From NCBI GenBank assembly GCA_046262595.1, contig JBHEMM010000019.1, forward strand, positions 6,378 to 24,186: a stretch of DNA of 17,809 bases. The letters run 5' to 3'. The notes under the pieces are model-generated. The model did not search any database, had not been told where the DNA came from, and saw nothing but the letters and a program-made list of their open reading frames with translations. The DNA is from Vulcanimicrobiaceae bacterium (GTDB lineage Bacteria > Vulcanimicrobiota > Vulcanimicrobiia > Vulcanimicrobiales > Vulcanimicrobiaceae). Shown here piece after piece: positions 8,177-17,270 of the stretch; position 1 is the stretch's first letter; every line of letters begins with the position of its first letter. A program made the translations under genes and the position numbers.

Positions 8177-9924
8177 GCGATGGTGACCAAAGCGCTTTGC
8201 GCTTCGACCGTATCGCCGGCTTTGACGTGCACGGCGCCGACAGCGCCGCTTTTGTGAGCGCGAACTTCGTTCATCATTTTCATCGCCTCGATGACGGCGA
8301 GCACTTGACCTTGCCGCACATCATCGCCTGTTTTCGCGTGGAGCTCCACGACGACGCCGTGCATTGGGGAGACGACGTCGTCACCGCTTGCCTGCACGCT
8401 GCGCTTTTTGTGCGCCGCGCGCGGCGGGGGGCGCGTGCCGCCGCGTGGGCGCTGCGCGCCCGCCGGCAGATCGATCAGCCGCACGCGGAACAACTGTCCG
8501 TTCACCTCGACTCTGATCGCTTCTTGCGCGCCTTCGGGCGGCATCGCCGGGGCCGTTCCAGCGCCCGGCGCTGAAGCGGCTTCGCCGTAGCGCTCTGCGG
8601 CGAACGCCTCCAGGGTCGCCGTTCCGTACGTGGCCTGCTGTACCCGCGGGTTATCGCAAAGCGCGCGCAGCAGAGGCAGCGTCGTCGGAACCCCTTCGAT
8701 GACGAACTCATCGATCGCGCGCCGCAGACGCGCAATCGCGTGCTCGCGCGTGGGCGCCCAAACGATCAGTTTGGCGATCATCGAATCGTAATCCGGTGAA
8801 ATGACAAAGCCCGGATATGCGGCGGAGTCGACGCGCACGCCGGGCCCCGCGGGCTCGCGGTACGCCGCCAGCGTGCCCGGAGCGGGACGGAAATGCTGCG
8901 CAGGGTCCTCGGCATTCACGCGGCCTTCGATTGCGAAGCCGCGAAACGCCACGTCATTTTGCGCATAGCCCAGCGGTTCACCGGCCGCAATGCGGATCTG
9001 CTCGCGGATCAAGTCTAAGCCGCTGATCATTTCGCTGACCGTGTGCTCAACCTGGATGCGCGTGTTCATTTCCAAGAAATAAAACGCATCACCGCTCACG
9101 AGGCACTCGATCGTGCCGACGCTGTCGTAGCCGATGGCTTGCGCCGCGCGAATGCCGGCTTCGCGCATACCGTCGCGTACGTGTTCCGATATGGTTGCGG
9201 GCGCCTCTTCCCACAGTTTCTGATGGCGCCGCTGCAGCGAACAGTCGCGGTCGCCCACGTGCAGGACGGTGCCGTGCTTATCCGCGAGAATCTGCAGCTC
9301 GACGTGTTTCGGGTTGTCCAAATACCGCTCGGCATAGACCGCCCCGTTCTTAAAGTAAGCCAGGGCCTCGCGCTGCGCCGTCGCAAGCGCCGGCGCGAGA
9401 TCGTCGAGCGTGTGCGCCACTTTGAGGCCCTTGCCGCCTCCGCCGCCCGAGGCTTTGAGCGCGAGGGGAAGACCGTATTGGGCTGCTGCGGCGCGGGCCT
9501 GGGCGTCATTCTCGATCGCCTCCGTGCCGCCCGGAACGACGGGTACGCCTGCCGCGATCATCGCTTGCCGAGCGCGCATCTTGTCGCCCATTGCCTCGAT
9601 GGCGCCCGGATGCGGCCCGATCCAAATGCATCCGGCGGCAATAACCTCACGCGCGAACGCCGCATTCTCGGCCAGGAAGCCGTAGCCGGGATGAATTCCC
9701 TGCGCGCCGGCGCGCTGCGCGACGGCGACGAGCTTCGCCGTGTCGAGATAACTTTGCGACGGCGCTGCGGGCCCGATGAGAAACGCTTCGTCCGCCATGC
9801 GCACGTGCATCGCATCACGGTCGATCTCGGAATACACGGCAACGGTCGCAATGCCCATCTCGCGCGCCGTGCGGATAATGCGCACCGCGATTTCTCCGCG
9901 GTTAGCAACGAGCAGCTTATTCAT
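8173..9924 (-). CDS. Acyl-CoA carboxylase alpha subunit (biotin carboxylase fused to BCCP)
   Basis: [48 protein letters not shown] and YDSMIAKL, with a C-terminal EAMKM biotinylation site. ATGA overlap with the mutase. Confidence 0.95.
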   Translation of the reverse strand: MNKLLVANRGEIAVRIIRTAREMGIATVAVYSEIDRDAMHVRMADEAFLIGPAAPSQSYLDTAKLVAVAQRAGAQGIHPGYGFLAENAAFAREVIAAGCIWIGPHPGAIEAMGDKMRARQAMIAAGVPVVPGGTEAIENDAQARAAAAQYGLPLALKASGGGGGKGLKVAHTLDDLAPALATAQREALAYFKNGAVYAERYLDNPKHVELQILADKHGTVLHVGDRDCSLQRRHQKLWEEAPATISEHVRDGMREAGIRAAQAIGYDSVGTIECLVSGDAFYFLEMNTRIQVEHTVSEMISGLDLIREQIRIAAGEPLGYAQNDVAFRGFAIEGRVNAEDPAQHFRPAPGTLAAYREPAGPGVRVDSAAYPGFVISPDYDSMIAKLIVWAPTREHAIARLRRAIDEFVIEGVPTTLPLLRALCDNPRVQQATYGTATLEAFAAERYGEAASAPGAGTAPAMPPEGAQEAIRVEVNGQLFRVRLIDLPAGAQRPRGGTRPPPRAAHKKRSVQASGDDVVSPMHGVVVELHAKTGDDVRQGQVLAVIEAMKMMNEVRAHKSGAVGAVHVKAGDTVEAQSALVTIA

Positions 9925-10066
9925 CGCTCACCGCCTGCGCGCGGGCCGCTTGCCGCCACGCCGGCATCTCCGGCGCGTTTTGCGGCGTTTGCCGCGATGC
10001 GAGCACTGCCGATACAGCGGCGGCGACGGCGGCTAACTCCTCCGGGCGGATTCCGCGATCGTTCAT
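9917..10066 (-). CDS. Probable acyl-CoA carboxylase epsilon (AccE/PccE-like) small subunit, 49 aa
   Basis: Hand translation: [53 protein letters not shown] overlap with the fabI stop and 8-nt overlap with the alpha-subunit start. The PEELAAV helix and W-R-x-A-A-R tail are typical of epsilon subunits. Confidence 0.75.
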   Translation of the reverse strand: MNDRGIRPEELAAVAAAVSAVLASRQTPQNAPEMPAWRQAARAQAVSDE

Positions 10067-10851
10067 TCGGCGGTGATCGAAGGCGGGTACATTCCCATCG
10101 CGTGGTACCCGGCATCGACGAAGTGGACGTCGCCGGTGACGGCGCTCGAAAGATCCGATGCCAAATACACGGCTGTTTTGCCGACGTCGTCTTGCGTGAT
10201 GTTGCGCTTGAGCGGAGCCACTTTGGGAACGACGTCCAGAATGCGCGAGAAGCCTCCGACTTGCCGCGAACTTGCCGTCTTAACCGGCCCTGCGGAGATC
10301 GCGTTCACCCGAATGGCGCGCGCGCCCAAATCGAATGCGAGATACCGGACGATCGATTCGAGCGCCGCTTTGGAGATGCCCGCAATATTGTAATTCGGAA
10401 CGATTGCCGTCGAGCCCAGATAGGTGAGCGCCATAATCGACGCGCCGTCGTTCATGCGCTCGTGCAGCGCGTTTACCAATCCGATAAGCGAAAATGCGGA
10501 GATGTCCAGCGCCATGGCGAAGCCCTCGCGCGAGGTGTCGTACACCGTTCCGCTCAAATCTTCTTTCTTCACGAACGCAATCGAATGAACCAGCGCGTCG
10601 ATTTTGCCGAAGCCCTCGAGCGCCGCGGCCATCTTCACGAGCGATGCGTCCGAGGAAACGTCGCATTCGAGAACCGGACCGCCGCCGAGTTCGCCGGCAA
10701 TTTTTTCCACCGAGTCTTGTACGCGCTCGCCCTGATAGGTGAACGCGATCTGCGCGCCGTGCTCGTGCATCTGCCGCGCGATGCCCGTCGCGATAGACCA
10801 CTGATTGGCGACGCCGGTCACGAGCGCTTTTTTGCCTTCCAACAATCTCAT
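10063..10851 (-). CDS. fabI: Enoyl-[acyl-carrier-protein] reductase (FabI family)
   Basis: TGVANQWSIA, FTYQ, HSIAF, LTYLG...PNYNIAGISKAALE (Yx6K), VNAISAGPVKT and VDAGY. Confidence 0.9.
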   Translation of the reverse strand: MRLLEGKKALVTGVANQWSIATGIARQMHEHGAQIAFTYQGERVQDSVEKIAGELGGGPVLECDVSSDASLVKMAAALEGFGKIDALVHSIAFVKKEDLSGTVYDTSREGFAMALDISAFSLIGLVNALHERMNDGASIMALTYLGSTAIVPNYNIAGISKAALESIVRYLAFDLGARAIRVNAISAGPVKTASSRQVGGFSRILDVVPKVAPLKRNITQDDVGKTAVYLASDLSSAVTGDVHFVDAGYHAMGMYPPSITAE

Positions 10852-10857
10852 GAGCGC

Positions 10858-11082
10858 TTATGCCGCCACATAGGTGAACCGCGCTTCTTCGCAAGCGCTG
10901 ACCGCCATGACGCCCGTTTTAAGGTGCGGCACGAGCACGCCGTTCCAAAAGGCGTCGCTCATCGCGCCGATCGTATTGTTCATCGCGAACAAGGTGCTGC
11001 CGCCGGCAATATCTTCGACGCCGAAGCATTGTTTATGCGCCGCGGCGGCAATCGTTGTGATGAAGTCGCTGCGTGAAGTCAT
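10858..11082 (-). CDS. Small hypothetical protein, 74 aa (possibly an internally deleted remnant)
   Basis: ATG 11082 overlaps the pccB stop (ATGA), and the stop lies 6 nt before fabI. Third codon positions are mostly G/C. Sequence [21 protein letters not shown]...[18 protein letters not shown]. Confidence 0.65.
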   Translation of the reverse strand: MTSRSDFITTIAAAAHKQCFGVEDIAGGSTLFAMNNTIGAMSDAFWNGVLVPHLKTGVMAVSACEEARFTYVAA

Positions 11083-12632
11083 AGCGGAATATTTCCGTGC
11101 TTTCTCTTCGGACGCTCCACCCGCTTGTCGGCGAGCATGGTGAGCGATTGCGCGATGGCGCGGCGTGTTGCGTGCGCCTCGATGATGTCGTCCACGTAAC
11201 CGCGCTGCGCGGCGATGAATGGGTTCGCGAAACGGTCCCTGTAGGTCTCCACCAGATCCTGCATCTTTGCCGCCGGATCGGCCGCCGAGGCGATTTCGCG
11301 CCGGAAGATGGTCTTTACCGCGCCCTCCGCGCCCATAACGGCGATCTCTGCGGTGGGCCAGGCGAGATTCACGTCGGCGCGGATATGTTTGCTTGCCATG
11401 ACGTCGTACGCGCCGCCGTAGGCTTTGCGGGTGATGATCGTGATCTTTGGGACGCTCGCCTCGGCGAACGCGTAAAGCAGCTTCGCGCCGTGAACGATGA
11501 TGCCGCCGTACTCTTGATCGGTACCGGGCAAAAAGCCTGGGACGTCCACGAAGGTGACGAGCGCAATGTTGAAGGCATCGCAAAAGCGCACGAACCGCGC
11601 CGCTTTGACGGAGCTTTTGATGTCCAGAACCCCAGCCAGAACGCTGGGCTGGTTTGCGACAATACCGACGGTTTGTCCGTCCACGCGCCCAAAACCGGTG
11701 ATGATGTTTTGCGCGTACAGCGCTTGAATCTCGAAAAAATCCCCTTCATCCAGGATCGGCAGAATGACGCCGTGCATGTCGTACGGTTTATTGGGCGAGT
11801 CGGGAATGATGCCGTCCAGTTCGGGAACATCGCGCAGCGGGTCGTCTTGCGGTTCGTAGCGCGGCGTATCTTCCAAGTTGTTTTGCGGCAGATACGAGAG
11901 CAGCGCGCGCGCCGCGTCGTTCATTTCATCTTCGTCCGCTGCCGTAACATGCGCGACACCGCTCTTGCTCGCGTGCGTCGCCGCGCCGCCCAGCTCTTCA
12001 AACGTAACGTCCTGCCCGGTGACCGTCTTGATGATCTCCGGCCCCGTGATGAACATCTGCGCGATCTTTTCGGTCATGATGATGAAGTCGGTGATCGCGG
12101 GCGAATAGACGGCACCGCCCGCGCACGGCCCCGCGATAAGGCTGATCTGCGGAATGACGCCGCTGGCTTGAACGTTACGCCAGAAAATTTCGGCATAGCC
12201 GCCCAGACTGACCACGCCTTCTTGGATGCGGGCGCCGCCCGAGTCGTTGATGCCGATCATCGGCGAGCCGGTGCGCAGCGCGAGATCCATTACCTTGCAG
12301 ATCTTTTCGGCGAACACTTCGCCCAGCGATCCGCCGAGTACGGTGAAATCCTGTGAGAACAGGAAGACTTGGCGTCCGTCGATGGAAGCGCGTCCCGTGA
12401 TGACGCCGTCGCCTAAAAACTCCTTATCGGCCAGACCGAACGCCGCCGTCCGGTGGACCGCGAAGCGATCCAGTTCCACGAAGGAGTCCGCATCGACCAA
12501 CGTGTCCACGCGCTCGCGCGCAGTTCGCTTGCCGCGCTCGTGCTGCTTGCGCACCGCTTCGGCGCCCGCGGGCGCCTGCGCGAGCTCGCGTTTGCGCTGC
12601 AACTCCGCGTACTTCTCCTGGTGTGTCCTCAT
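11079..12632 (-). CDS. pccB: Propionyl-CoA carboxylase-type carboxyltransferase beta subunit
   Basis: Likely start ATG 12632 (MRTHQEKY). Motifs [59 protein letters not shown] and KHGNIPL. The Asp in GAYDVM matches the propionyl-specificity Asp of Streptomyces PccB. Confidence 0.94.
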   Translation of the reverse strand: MRTHQEKYAELQRKRELAQAPAGAEAVRKQHERGKRTARERVDTLVDADSFVELDRFAVHRTAAFGLADKEFLGDGVITGRASIDGRQVFLFSQDFTVLGGSLGEVFAEKICKVMDLALRTGSPMIGINDSGGARIQEGVVSLGGYAEIFWRNVQASGVIPQISLIAGPCAGGAVYSPAITDFIIMTEKIAQMFITGPEIIKTVTGQDVTFEELGGAATHASKSGVAHVTAADEDEMNDAARALLSYLPQNNLEDTPRYEPQDDPLRDVPELDGIIPDSPNKPYDMHGVILPILDEGDFFEIQALYAQNIITGFGRVDGQTVGIVANQPSVLAGVLDIKSSVKAARFVRFCDAFNIALVTFVDVPGFLPGTDQEYGGIIVHGAKLLYAFAEASVPKITIITRKAYGGAYDVMASKHIRADVNLAWPTAEIAVMGAEGAVKTIFRREIASAADPAAKMQDLVETYRDRFANPFIAAQRGYVDDIIEAHATRRAIAQSLTMLADKRVERPKRKHGNIPL

Positions 12633-12651
12633 CCGGGGCGGGCTTTGACGC

Positions 12652-12680
12652 TTGATCGGCCTTTTCCGCCGATACATAAT
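12652..12680 (+). promoter_or_regulatory. Putative sigma70-type promoter
   Basis: TTGATC (12652-12657), a 17-nt spacer, then CATAAT (12675-12680). ATG 12689 follows 8 nt later, which suggests a near-leaderless mRNA. Confidence 0.5.
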
Positions 12681-12688
12681 AGACCGAT

Positions 12689-12889
12689 ATGATCCAGCTG
12701 GGCGCCGAGCAACTGCTCTCGATCGTTTTTGCCGACGCCGCCGTTACCATCCCGGCGGCGGCGACCGTTGCCCTGCCTGCAGGCCGGAACCCAAGCAGCG
12801 AGCCGGGAACGATCGCGAAAATCCCGTACGCGAGCGACGGGCTCCTCAAGGAGTTCCGCGCCGAACTGACCGGCAACGCGCCGCGTTGA
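12689..12889 (+). CDS. Small hypothetical protein, 66 aa
   Basis: Lies directly after the promoter, has GC-rich third positions, and overlaps the next gene by TGATG. No recognised family. Confidence 0.55.
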   Translation: MIQLGAEQLLSIVFADAAVTIPAAATVALPAGRNPSSEPGTIAKIPYASDGLLKEFRAELTGNAPR

Positions 12890-14298
12890 TGTCGCCGTAC
12901 CGGTTCTTCGCTGCCGCCGCGGCGTTCTCGCTAGTGACGGTTCAGACGGCGTTTGCCGCGCAGCCCGTCCCGGCCGTCATCGTAACCGCGCAGCAAATCG
13001 CGCTGCATGCGGACCGCGCGCTGCTCATTGCCGAGGGCGGCGTTTCCATCCGGATCGGTACCGCTGCGCCAATGAATGCGACGCGCGCCGCATACGATCT
13101 GCGCCGGAACCGCCTGGTTGCCGCCGGCGATGCGGCCGGCAGCGGGTTCACATACGACTTTGCGACGCAGCGCGCGCTCAAGGCCGGCCCGGTTGAGGTG
13201 CCGCAGCTGGGCACGTTCGACGCGCTCGCCGTCGGCCAACAAGTCGAACTGCGCCCGGGAAGGAGCATCACCTTTTCAAACGCCCAGGTGCTTGCAGGTT
13301 CGACGTTCGTGCCCTCCGCAGCGTATACGTACGATATTCCGCCGCCGCGCGCCAAAGATTTCGGCTATTCGCCCGTTCCCGCTGCGGCGCTCGAATATGC
13401 GCTCCCGCTCGGCGCTTCAAAGAACAGCTATGCATTCACACGCGCGCGCTACGACCGGTATAACGGCGGCATCGGCGCGGGGCTGGAAGAGCATTATGCT
13501 GCCAGCGATCGCGGGTACGCGGCGCTCGGCGAGACGCTGGACGTCAACGGCGGCCGCTGGGATCTGGCGACTTACCAGCATTTGAACGACGCGCTCTCGC
13601 ATTCGTTCACGGGCTCTTACCTGAGCGGTGCGCACACGATGCGCTACGCTCTCACTTCTACCGGCCCGCGAGGATACGCCTCGTTCTCGATCTTTCAATA
13701 TAACAACTACCGTCAGGACGACTTGCTCGCGAGCGGTAATCAACATGCGCTCGGCCGCGCCGCTTCCTTTCGTGTTCAGGCCGACTTCGCGCACGACGTG
13801 CATCCCGGGGATTGGCACGGCGCGCAAGATTTCCGTTTCACGCCTGCGGTGCACTTGGATACCGCGGCATTGCACGCGGGCGCTGCTTCATTGAGCGCTT
13901 CCGGCGACGTCGGTGAAGCGCTGTACGATTACGGCCGAGCGACGCTCGCCAGCGACGCCACGCTCTGGGCGAACGTCCCCGTCACACCGCGTTTGGCCTT
14001 CAGCGGCGGAGCGACGTTCTCGCACAATGCCCCGCCTTTTCCCGCAACGTTTCGCACGTACACGCTCGGCAGCACCTGGCGCGCGAGCGATGCGTTCAAC
14101 TTGGTCAGTTCGATCGGCTACACGCACGACTACGGGCAAGTGTTCGGCACCGGGCGCCCGCAGTGGAGCGCCGCATTCGACGTGCGTTTCCGGCGCCGGA
14201 ATCACACCGGCGTCGAAATCGGCGCCGTCGTGCCGTTCGGCGGCGTGGGCAATCTGAACCGCCAAGGCGTCCTGAACGTGCGTTTCTTTAAGTGGTGA
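12889..14298 (+). CDS. Secreted outer-membrane beta-barrel protein, LptD/OstA-like (compact)
   Basis: Start ATG 12889, with signal peptide [23 protein letters not shown]. OstA-like N-terminus (VIVTAQQIAL...LLIAEGGVSI...AAYDLRRNRLVAAG). Many aromatic-rich amphipathic strands and an aromatic C-terminus (LNVRFFKW). Confidence 0.65.
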   Translation: MSPYRFFAAAAAFSLVTVQTAFAAQPVPAVIVTAQQIALHADRALLIAEGGVSIRIGTAAPMNATRAAYDLRRNRLVAAGDAAGSGFTYDFATQRALKAGPVEVPQLGTFDALAVGQQVELRPGRSITFSNAQVLAGSTFVPSAAYTYDIPPPRAKDFGYSPVPAAALEYALPLGASKNSYAFTRARYDRYNGGIGAGLEEHYAASDRGYAALGETLDVNGGRWDLATYQHLNDALSHSFTGSYLSGAHTMRYALTSTGPRGYASFSIFQYNNYRQDDLLASGNQHALGRAASFRVQADFAHDVHPGDWHGAQDFRFTPAVHLDTAALHAGAASLSASGDVGEALYDYGRATLASDATLWANVPVTPRLAFSGGATFSHNAPPFPATFRTYTLGSTWRASDAFNLVSSIGYTHDYGQVFGTGRPQWSAAFDVRFRRRNHTGVEIGAVVPFGGVGNLNRQGVLNVRFFKW

Positions 14299-14328
14299 AG
14301 ACGAACGCTTTATGGCGCGGGAGGCGCG

Positions 14329-15153
14329 TCACTTCGGAATCCGCAGAATGTCGCGCAGTGCCCGGCCGGGTCCGCGCAGCGCCGGCGGGCTGAGCGCAAT
14401 CAGCCGCCGGAAAAACATCTGCACGCCGGCGGCGCGCTGCTGCTGCGGCCGCAGCCGGAAAAGCGTGTTGTGACCCGCCTCGGTTTGCTTTTCGCTGCGG
14501 ACGGGCGAGTAATAATACGCTGCTAGTGATTTGCGCGTAACGCCGGCGGGCAGCCGCAACTCTTTGTAACCGTGAAACGCGTAGTCGTGCGTTTCCATGA
14601 TCAAGCAACGGTTGAATTTCGGTTCGATGTACTGCCGGCACTCGTTCATGTCGCGCGACCAAAGTTCGAGATAGCCTTGCCAGTGCGGTTCCCAGCGCGG
14701 GTTTAAATAAATCAGCAGATTTAAGCGCCGGAACAAACCCGAGCCGGGATGAATGTTGAAATCGGCATGCACGTCGAGATAGCTGCCGTCGGGCCCCTGA
14801 TGCAGCCCGCCGCCGTGTAACTGCGGGTCGGCGGCTAAATCCGGAATCTGCGTTACTCCGGCAAGCCACTGCACAAAAGCGGGATCGTTGAGGTCGTCAA
14901 ATATTCCGGCGAAGACCGCGTCGAGCGCGCCCAAATCCTGTTCTGCGCGTTTGACCTCCGCCAGGCCGGCAAACGCAATGGCCATCGCTTCCGGCTTCGG
15001 AAACGCCTGCTCCGCACGGCGGGCAGCGTCCGGCTGCAGAAAGTCTTCGATCACCACATGGCGTATGGGATCGGCTTGCGCGAAAGCGCGGCGCAGCTCT
15101 TCCTGCTGCGCCCGCAAACGATCGAAGGCAATGCTCCTGAACGACGCGCTCAT
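14329..15153 (-). CDS. 2-oxoglutarate/Fe(II)-dependent oxygenase
   Basis: HVVIEDFL, GGGLH, HADFN (HxD), RRLNLLIYLN, distal His in AFHG, and RKSLAAYYY (2OG-binding Arg). Confidence 0.9.
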   Translation of the reverse strand: MSASFRSIAFDRLRAQQEELRRAFAQADPIRHVVIEDFLQPDAARRAEQAFPKPEAMAIAFAGLAEVKRAEQDLGALDAVFAGIFDDLNDPAFVQWLAGVTQIPDLAADPQLHGGGLHQGPDGSYLDVHADFNIHPGSGLFRRLNLLIYLNPRWEPHWQGYLELWSRDMNECRQYIEPKFNRCLIMETHDYAFHGYKELRLPAGVTRKSLAAYYYSPVRSEKQTEAGHNTLFRLRPQQQRAAGVQMFFRRLIALSPPALRGPGRALRDILRIPK

Positions 15154-15154
15154 C

Positions 15155-16681
15155 TTACTCTGCTGCTATCTGTACGGGAGCGCCTTGTCCTCTCGGCGTT
15201 CGAAGAAAAATGACGAGCGGCGAGAGCAGCAGCGTCACGACGGCGAGGACCATGAACGCATCCCCGAAGGCCATGGTGCGGGCTTGCGCCGCAACGAGAC
15301 CGGCGATCGCGCTCACCGGCGTATGCACCGCCGCGTTCAACGCGAGGTTGTGCGCGTTCACCGATGCAGCCAGGGCATCTTGATGCACCGCGCCACGGCG
15401 GTCGAGAAGCGTCACAAGGACGGCCGTCGAGATCGACCCGCCCAGCTGTTGGCACAAACTGATGAGCGAGGTCGCCTTCTGCGTATCCGCACCGTGCACG
15501 CTGCGCAAAACACTGATGGAAAGCGGCAGAAACAGCATACCAAAACCCGCCCCGCCCAGGAGCAGCGGCCATGCGAACGTCCAAAACGTCGAGTCGGTCG
15601 TGGTCACGAACGCCTGCATGGCGTTGCCGATCGCGACGATGACGAATCCGGTTCCCAGCAGCACGCGCGGCTGAACGTGAAACCGGTTGATCAACGCGAG
15701 CGTAACGAACGTGAAGAGCATGATCGCAAGCGCGCGCAGCAGGATCGATTCACCGCTGAGCGTGGCGGTGAAATTCAAAAGTTGCTGTTGGAATTGCGGC
15801 GAGAGAATGATGCCGCCGAAGAGCGAGAATCCGATCGCGAGCGCCAGGCCTGTTCCGGCGGCGACGGTGCGGTTTTTTAGAATGCGCAGATCGACGATCG
15901 GATGCTTCGTCCCCATGGTTTCCCAAAACGCAAAGCCTGCGAGCGCGATGAGCGCCAACAGGGAGAGTCGCAAGATACCCGGATCCGAGAGCCAATCGTT
16001 GCGTTCGCCTTCGTCCAACACGTACTGCAAGCTCCCCAAGCCCAGCGCGAGCAGAGCCAGTCCCATTCCATCGAACGGCGCCGTGCGCCGCACCCGCTTG
16101 GGATTCCGGAGCGTCGAGGCGATCATGAGGGCTGCCAGAATTCCGGGGATAATATTGATGTAGAAGATCCAGTTCCACGAAAATGCGTCGGTCAAGATGC
16201 CGCCCAGCGTCGGGCCGATGCTGGGCCCGACGACCGCGCCCAATGAAACCAGCGCCTGACTTTTGCCCAGGTCTTTGACCGGGAACGTGTCGCGCAGAAT
16301 CGCCTGACCCGTCGCGATCAATCCGCCGCCGCACAGTCCTTGAAGAATGCGGAAGAAGACGAGTTCGGGCAGCGAGGTGGAGATACCGCACAATGCGGAG
16401 GTGATGGTGAAGCCCGCGATCGCGGCGAGGTAATATTGCTTGCGGCCCATGACCTGCTGCAGCCAGGGGGTGAGGGGAATGACGATGACGGCCGCGATAA
16501 TGTAGCCCGTAACGATCCAGGCGCCTTCATCGAAATTGGCGCCCATGTTGCCTTGAATCGTCGGCAGCGCGACGTTGACGATCGTCGCGTCGAGCACTTG
16601 CAGCAGCGTCGCCGACATCACGCCGATGACGACGATCCAGCGGCGCAAACCGTATTCGACCAGCGGGCCGTCCGCGCTCAT
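15155..16681 (-). CDS. DHA2-family (EmrB/QacA-type) MFS efflux transporter
   Basis: Start ATG 16681 (MSADGPLVEYG). Motifs LDATIVNVALPTI, WIVTGY, RILQGLCGG, GPSIGPTLGG and WIFYINI, with many hydrophobic segments. Confidence 0.93.
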   Translation of the reverse strand: MSADGPLVEYGLRRWIVVIGVMSATLLQVLDATIVNVALPTIQGNMGANFDEGAWIVTGYIIAAVIVIPLTPWLQQVMGRKQYYLAAIAGFTITSALCGISTSLPELVFFRILQGLCGGGLIATGQAILRDTFPVKDLGKSQALVSLGAVVGPSIGPTLGGILTDAFSWNWIFYINIIPGILAALMIASTLRNPKRVRRTAPFDGMGLALLALGLGSLQYVLDEGERNDWLSDPGILRLSLLALIALAGFAFWETMGTKHPIVDLRILKNRTVAAGTGLALAIGFSLFGGIILSPQFQQQLLNFTATLSGESILLRALAIMLFTFVTLALINRFHVQPRVLLGTGFVIVAIGNAMQAFVTTTDSTFWTFAWPLLLGGAGFGMLFLPLSISVLRSVHGADTQKATSLISLCQQLGGSISTAVLVTLLDRRGAVHQDALAASVNAHNLALNAAVHTPVSAIAGLVAAQARTMAFGDAFMVLAVVTLLLSPLVIFLRTPRGQGAPVQIAAE

Positions 16682-16756
16682 TGCTTCATTCTCAGCAGTT
16701 AAGACGGCCGCACCGGCGCGAAGGTTGCACGCTGCGGCGCCCGGTATGAACGGCAC

Positions 16757-17263
16757 ATGCCTACACTGCAAGTTGAGTGGAACGATCCGGCGTCCATCGT
16801 TGCGAAGTGGATGGAGCTCGACGGCCGCACGTTCCTGGATGCGATCGGCAGGTGCGAGATACCATTGCCGCCGATTCTGGACGTGCTCGGCATAGCGGAG
16901 GGGACCATCGGTGACGGCTGGATCGAGTTCTCGATGCGCCCGCAGGTATACATGATGAACCTTGCGGGCACGCTGCACGGCGGTGTCCTGGCGACGCTGA
17001 TCGACTCTGCACTCACATGTGCGCTCGTTACGAAACTGCCCAAAGGCGTTGCCTGCACGACAATCGATCTGCAGATGCGCTTCTTCCGGCCCGCGCGGCT
17101 TTCCGCGGAATTGCTCACGGCCCGCGCGGAAGTACTGCACGTCGGCACGACGCTCGGAGCAACGTCGGGCGAGATTCGCGATGCTAAAGGAAGAGCGATC
17201 GTTCACGCCACGTCGTCGCTGGCGATCGCGCCTGCAGCGGCGCTTTTGAACGAACGCGCTTAG
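16757..17263 (+). CDS. PaaI-family hotdog-fold thioesterase
   Basis: NLAGTLHGGVLATLIDSA, TTIDLQMRFFRP and AEVLHVG motifs. Confidence 0.9.
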   Translation: MPTLQVEWNDPASIVAKWMELDGRTFLDAIGRCEIPLPPILDVLGIAEGTIGDGWIEFSMRPQVYMMNLAGTLHGGVLATLIDSALTCALVTKLPKGVACTTIDLQMRFFRPARLSAELLTARAEVLHVGTTLGATSGEIRDAKGRAIVHATSSLAIAPAAALLNERA

Positions 17264-17270
17264 GCGGAGA

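Noticed and set aside
9921..10115. 64-aa tracked ORF spanning the fabI-alpha gap
   Set aside because: It is Arg-rich and starts 53 nt inside fabI. The 49-aa frame 9917..10066 has an ATGA start and an epsilon-like sequence.
9043..12356. Long + strand ORFs (677 aa at 9043..11076 and 419 aa at 11097..12356)
   Set aside because: They are antisense shadows of well-supported genes, expected at high GC, and show no recognisable motifs.
1350..12632. Pathway linking MurQ-released D-lactate to propionyl-CoA via acryloyl-CoA
   Set aside because: No CoA transferase or lactoyl-CoA dehydratase is in the window, and the two operons are separate transcription units. Proximity alone is insufficient.
6201..12632. 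Autotrophic 3-hydroxypropionate-type carbon fixation
   Set aside because: The diagnostic malonyl-CoA reductase and propionyl-CoA synthase genes are not seen, and these genes are common in heterotrophs.
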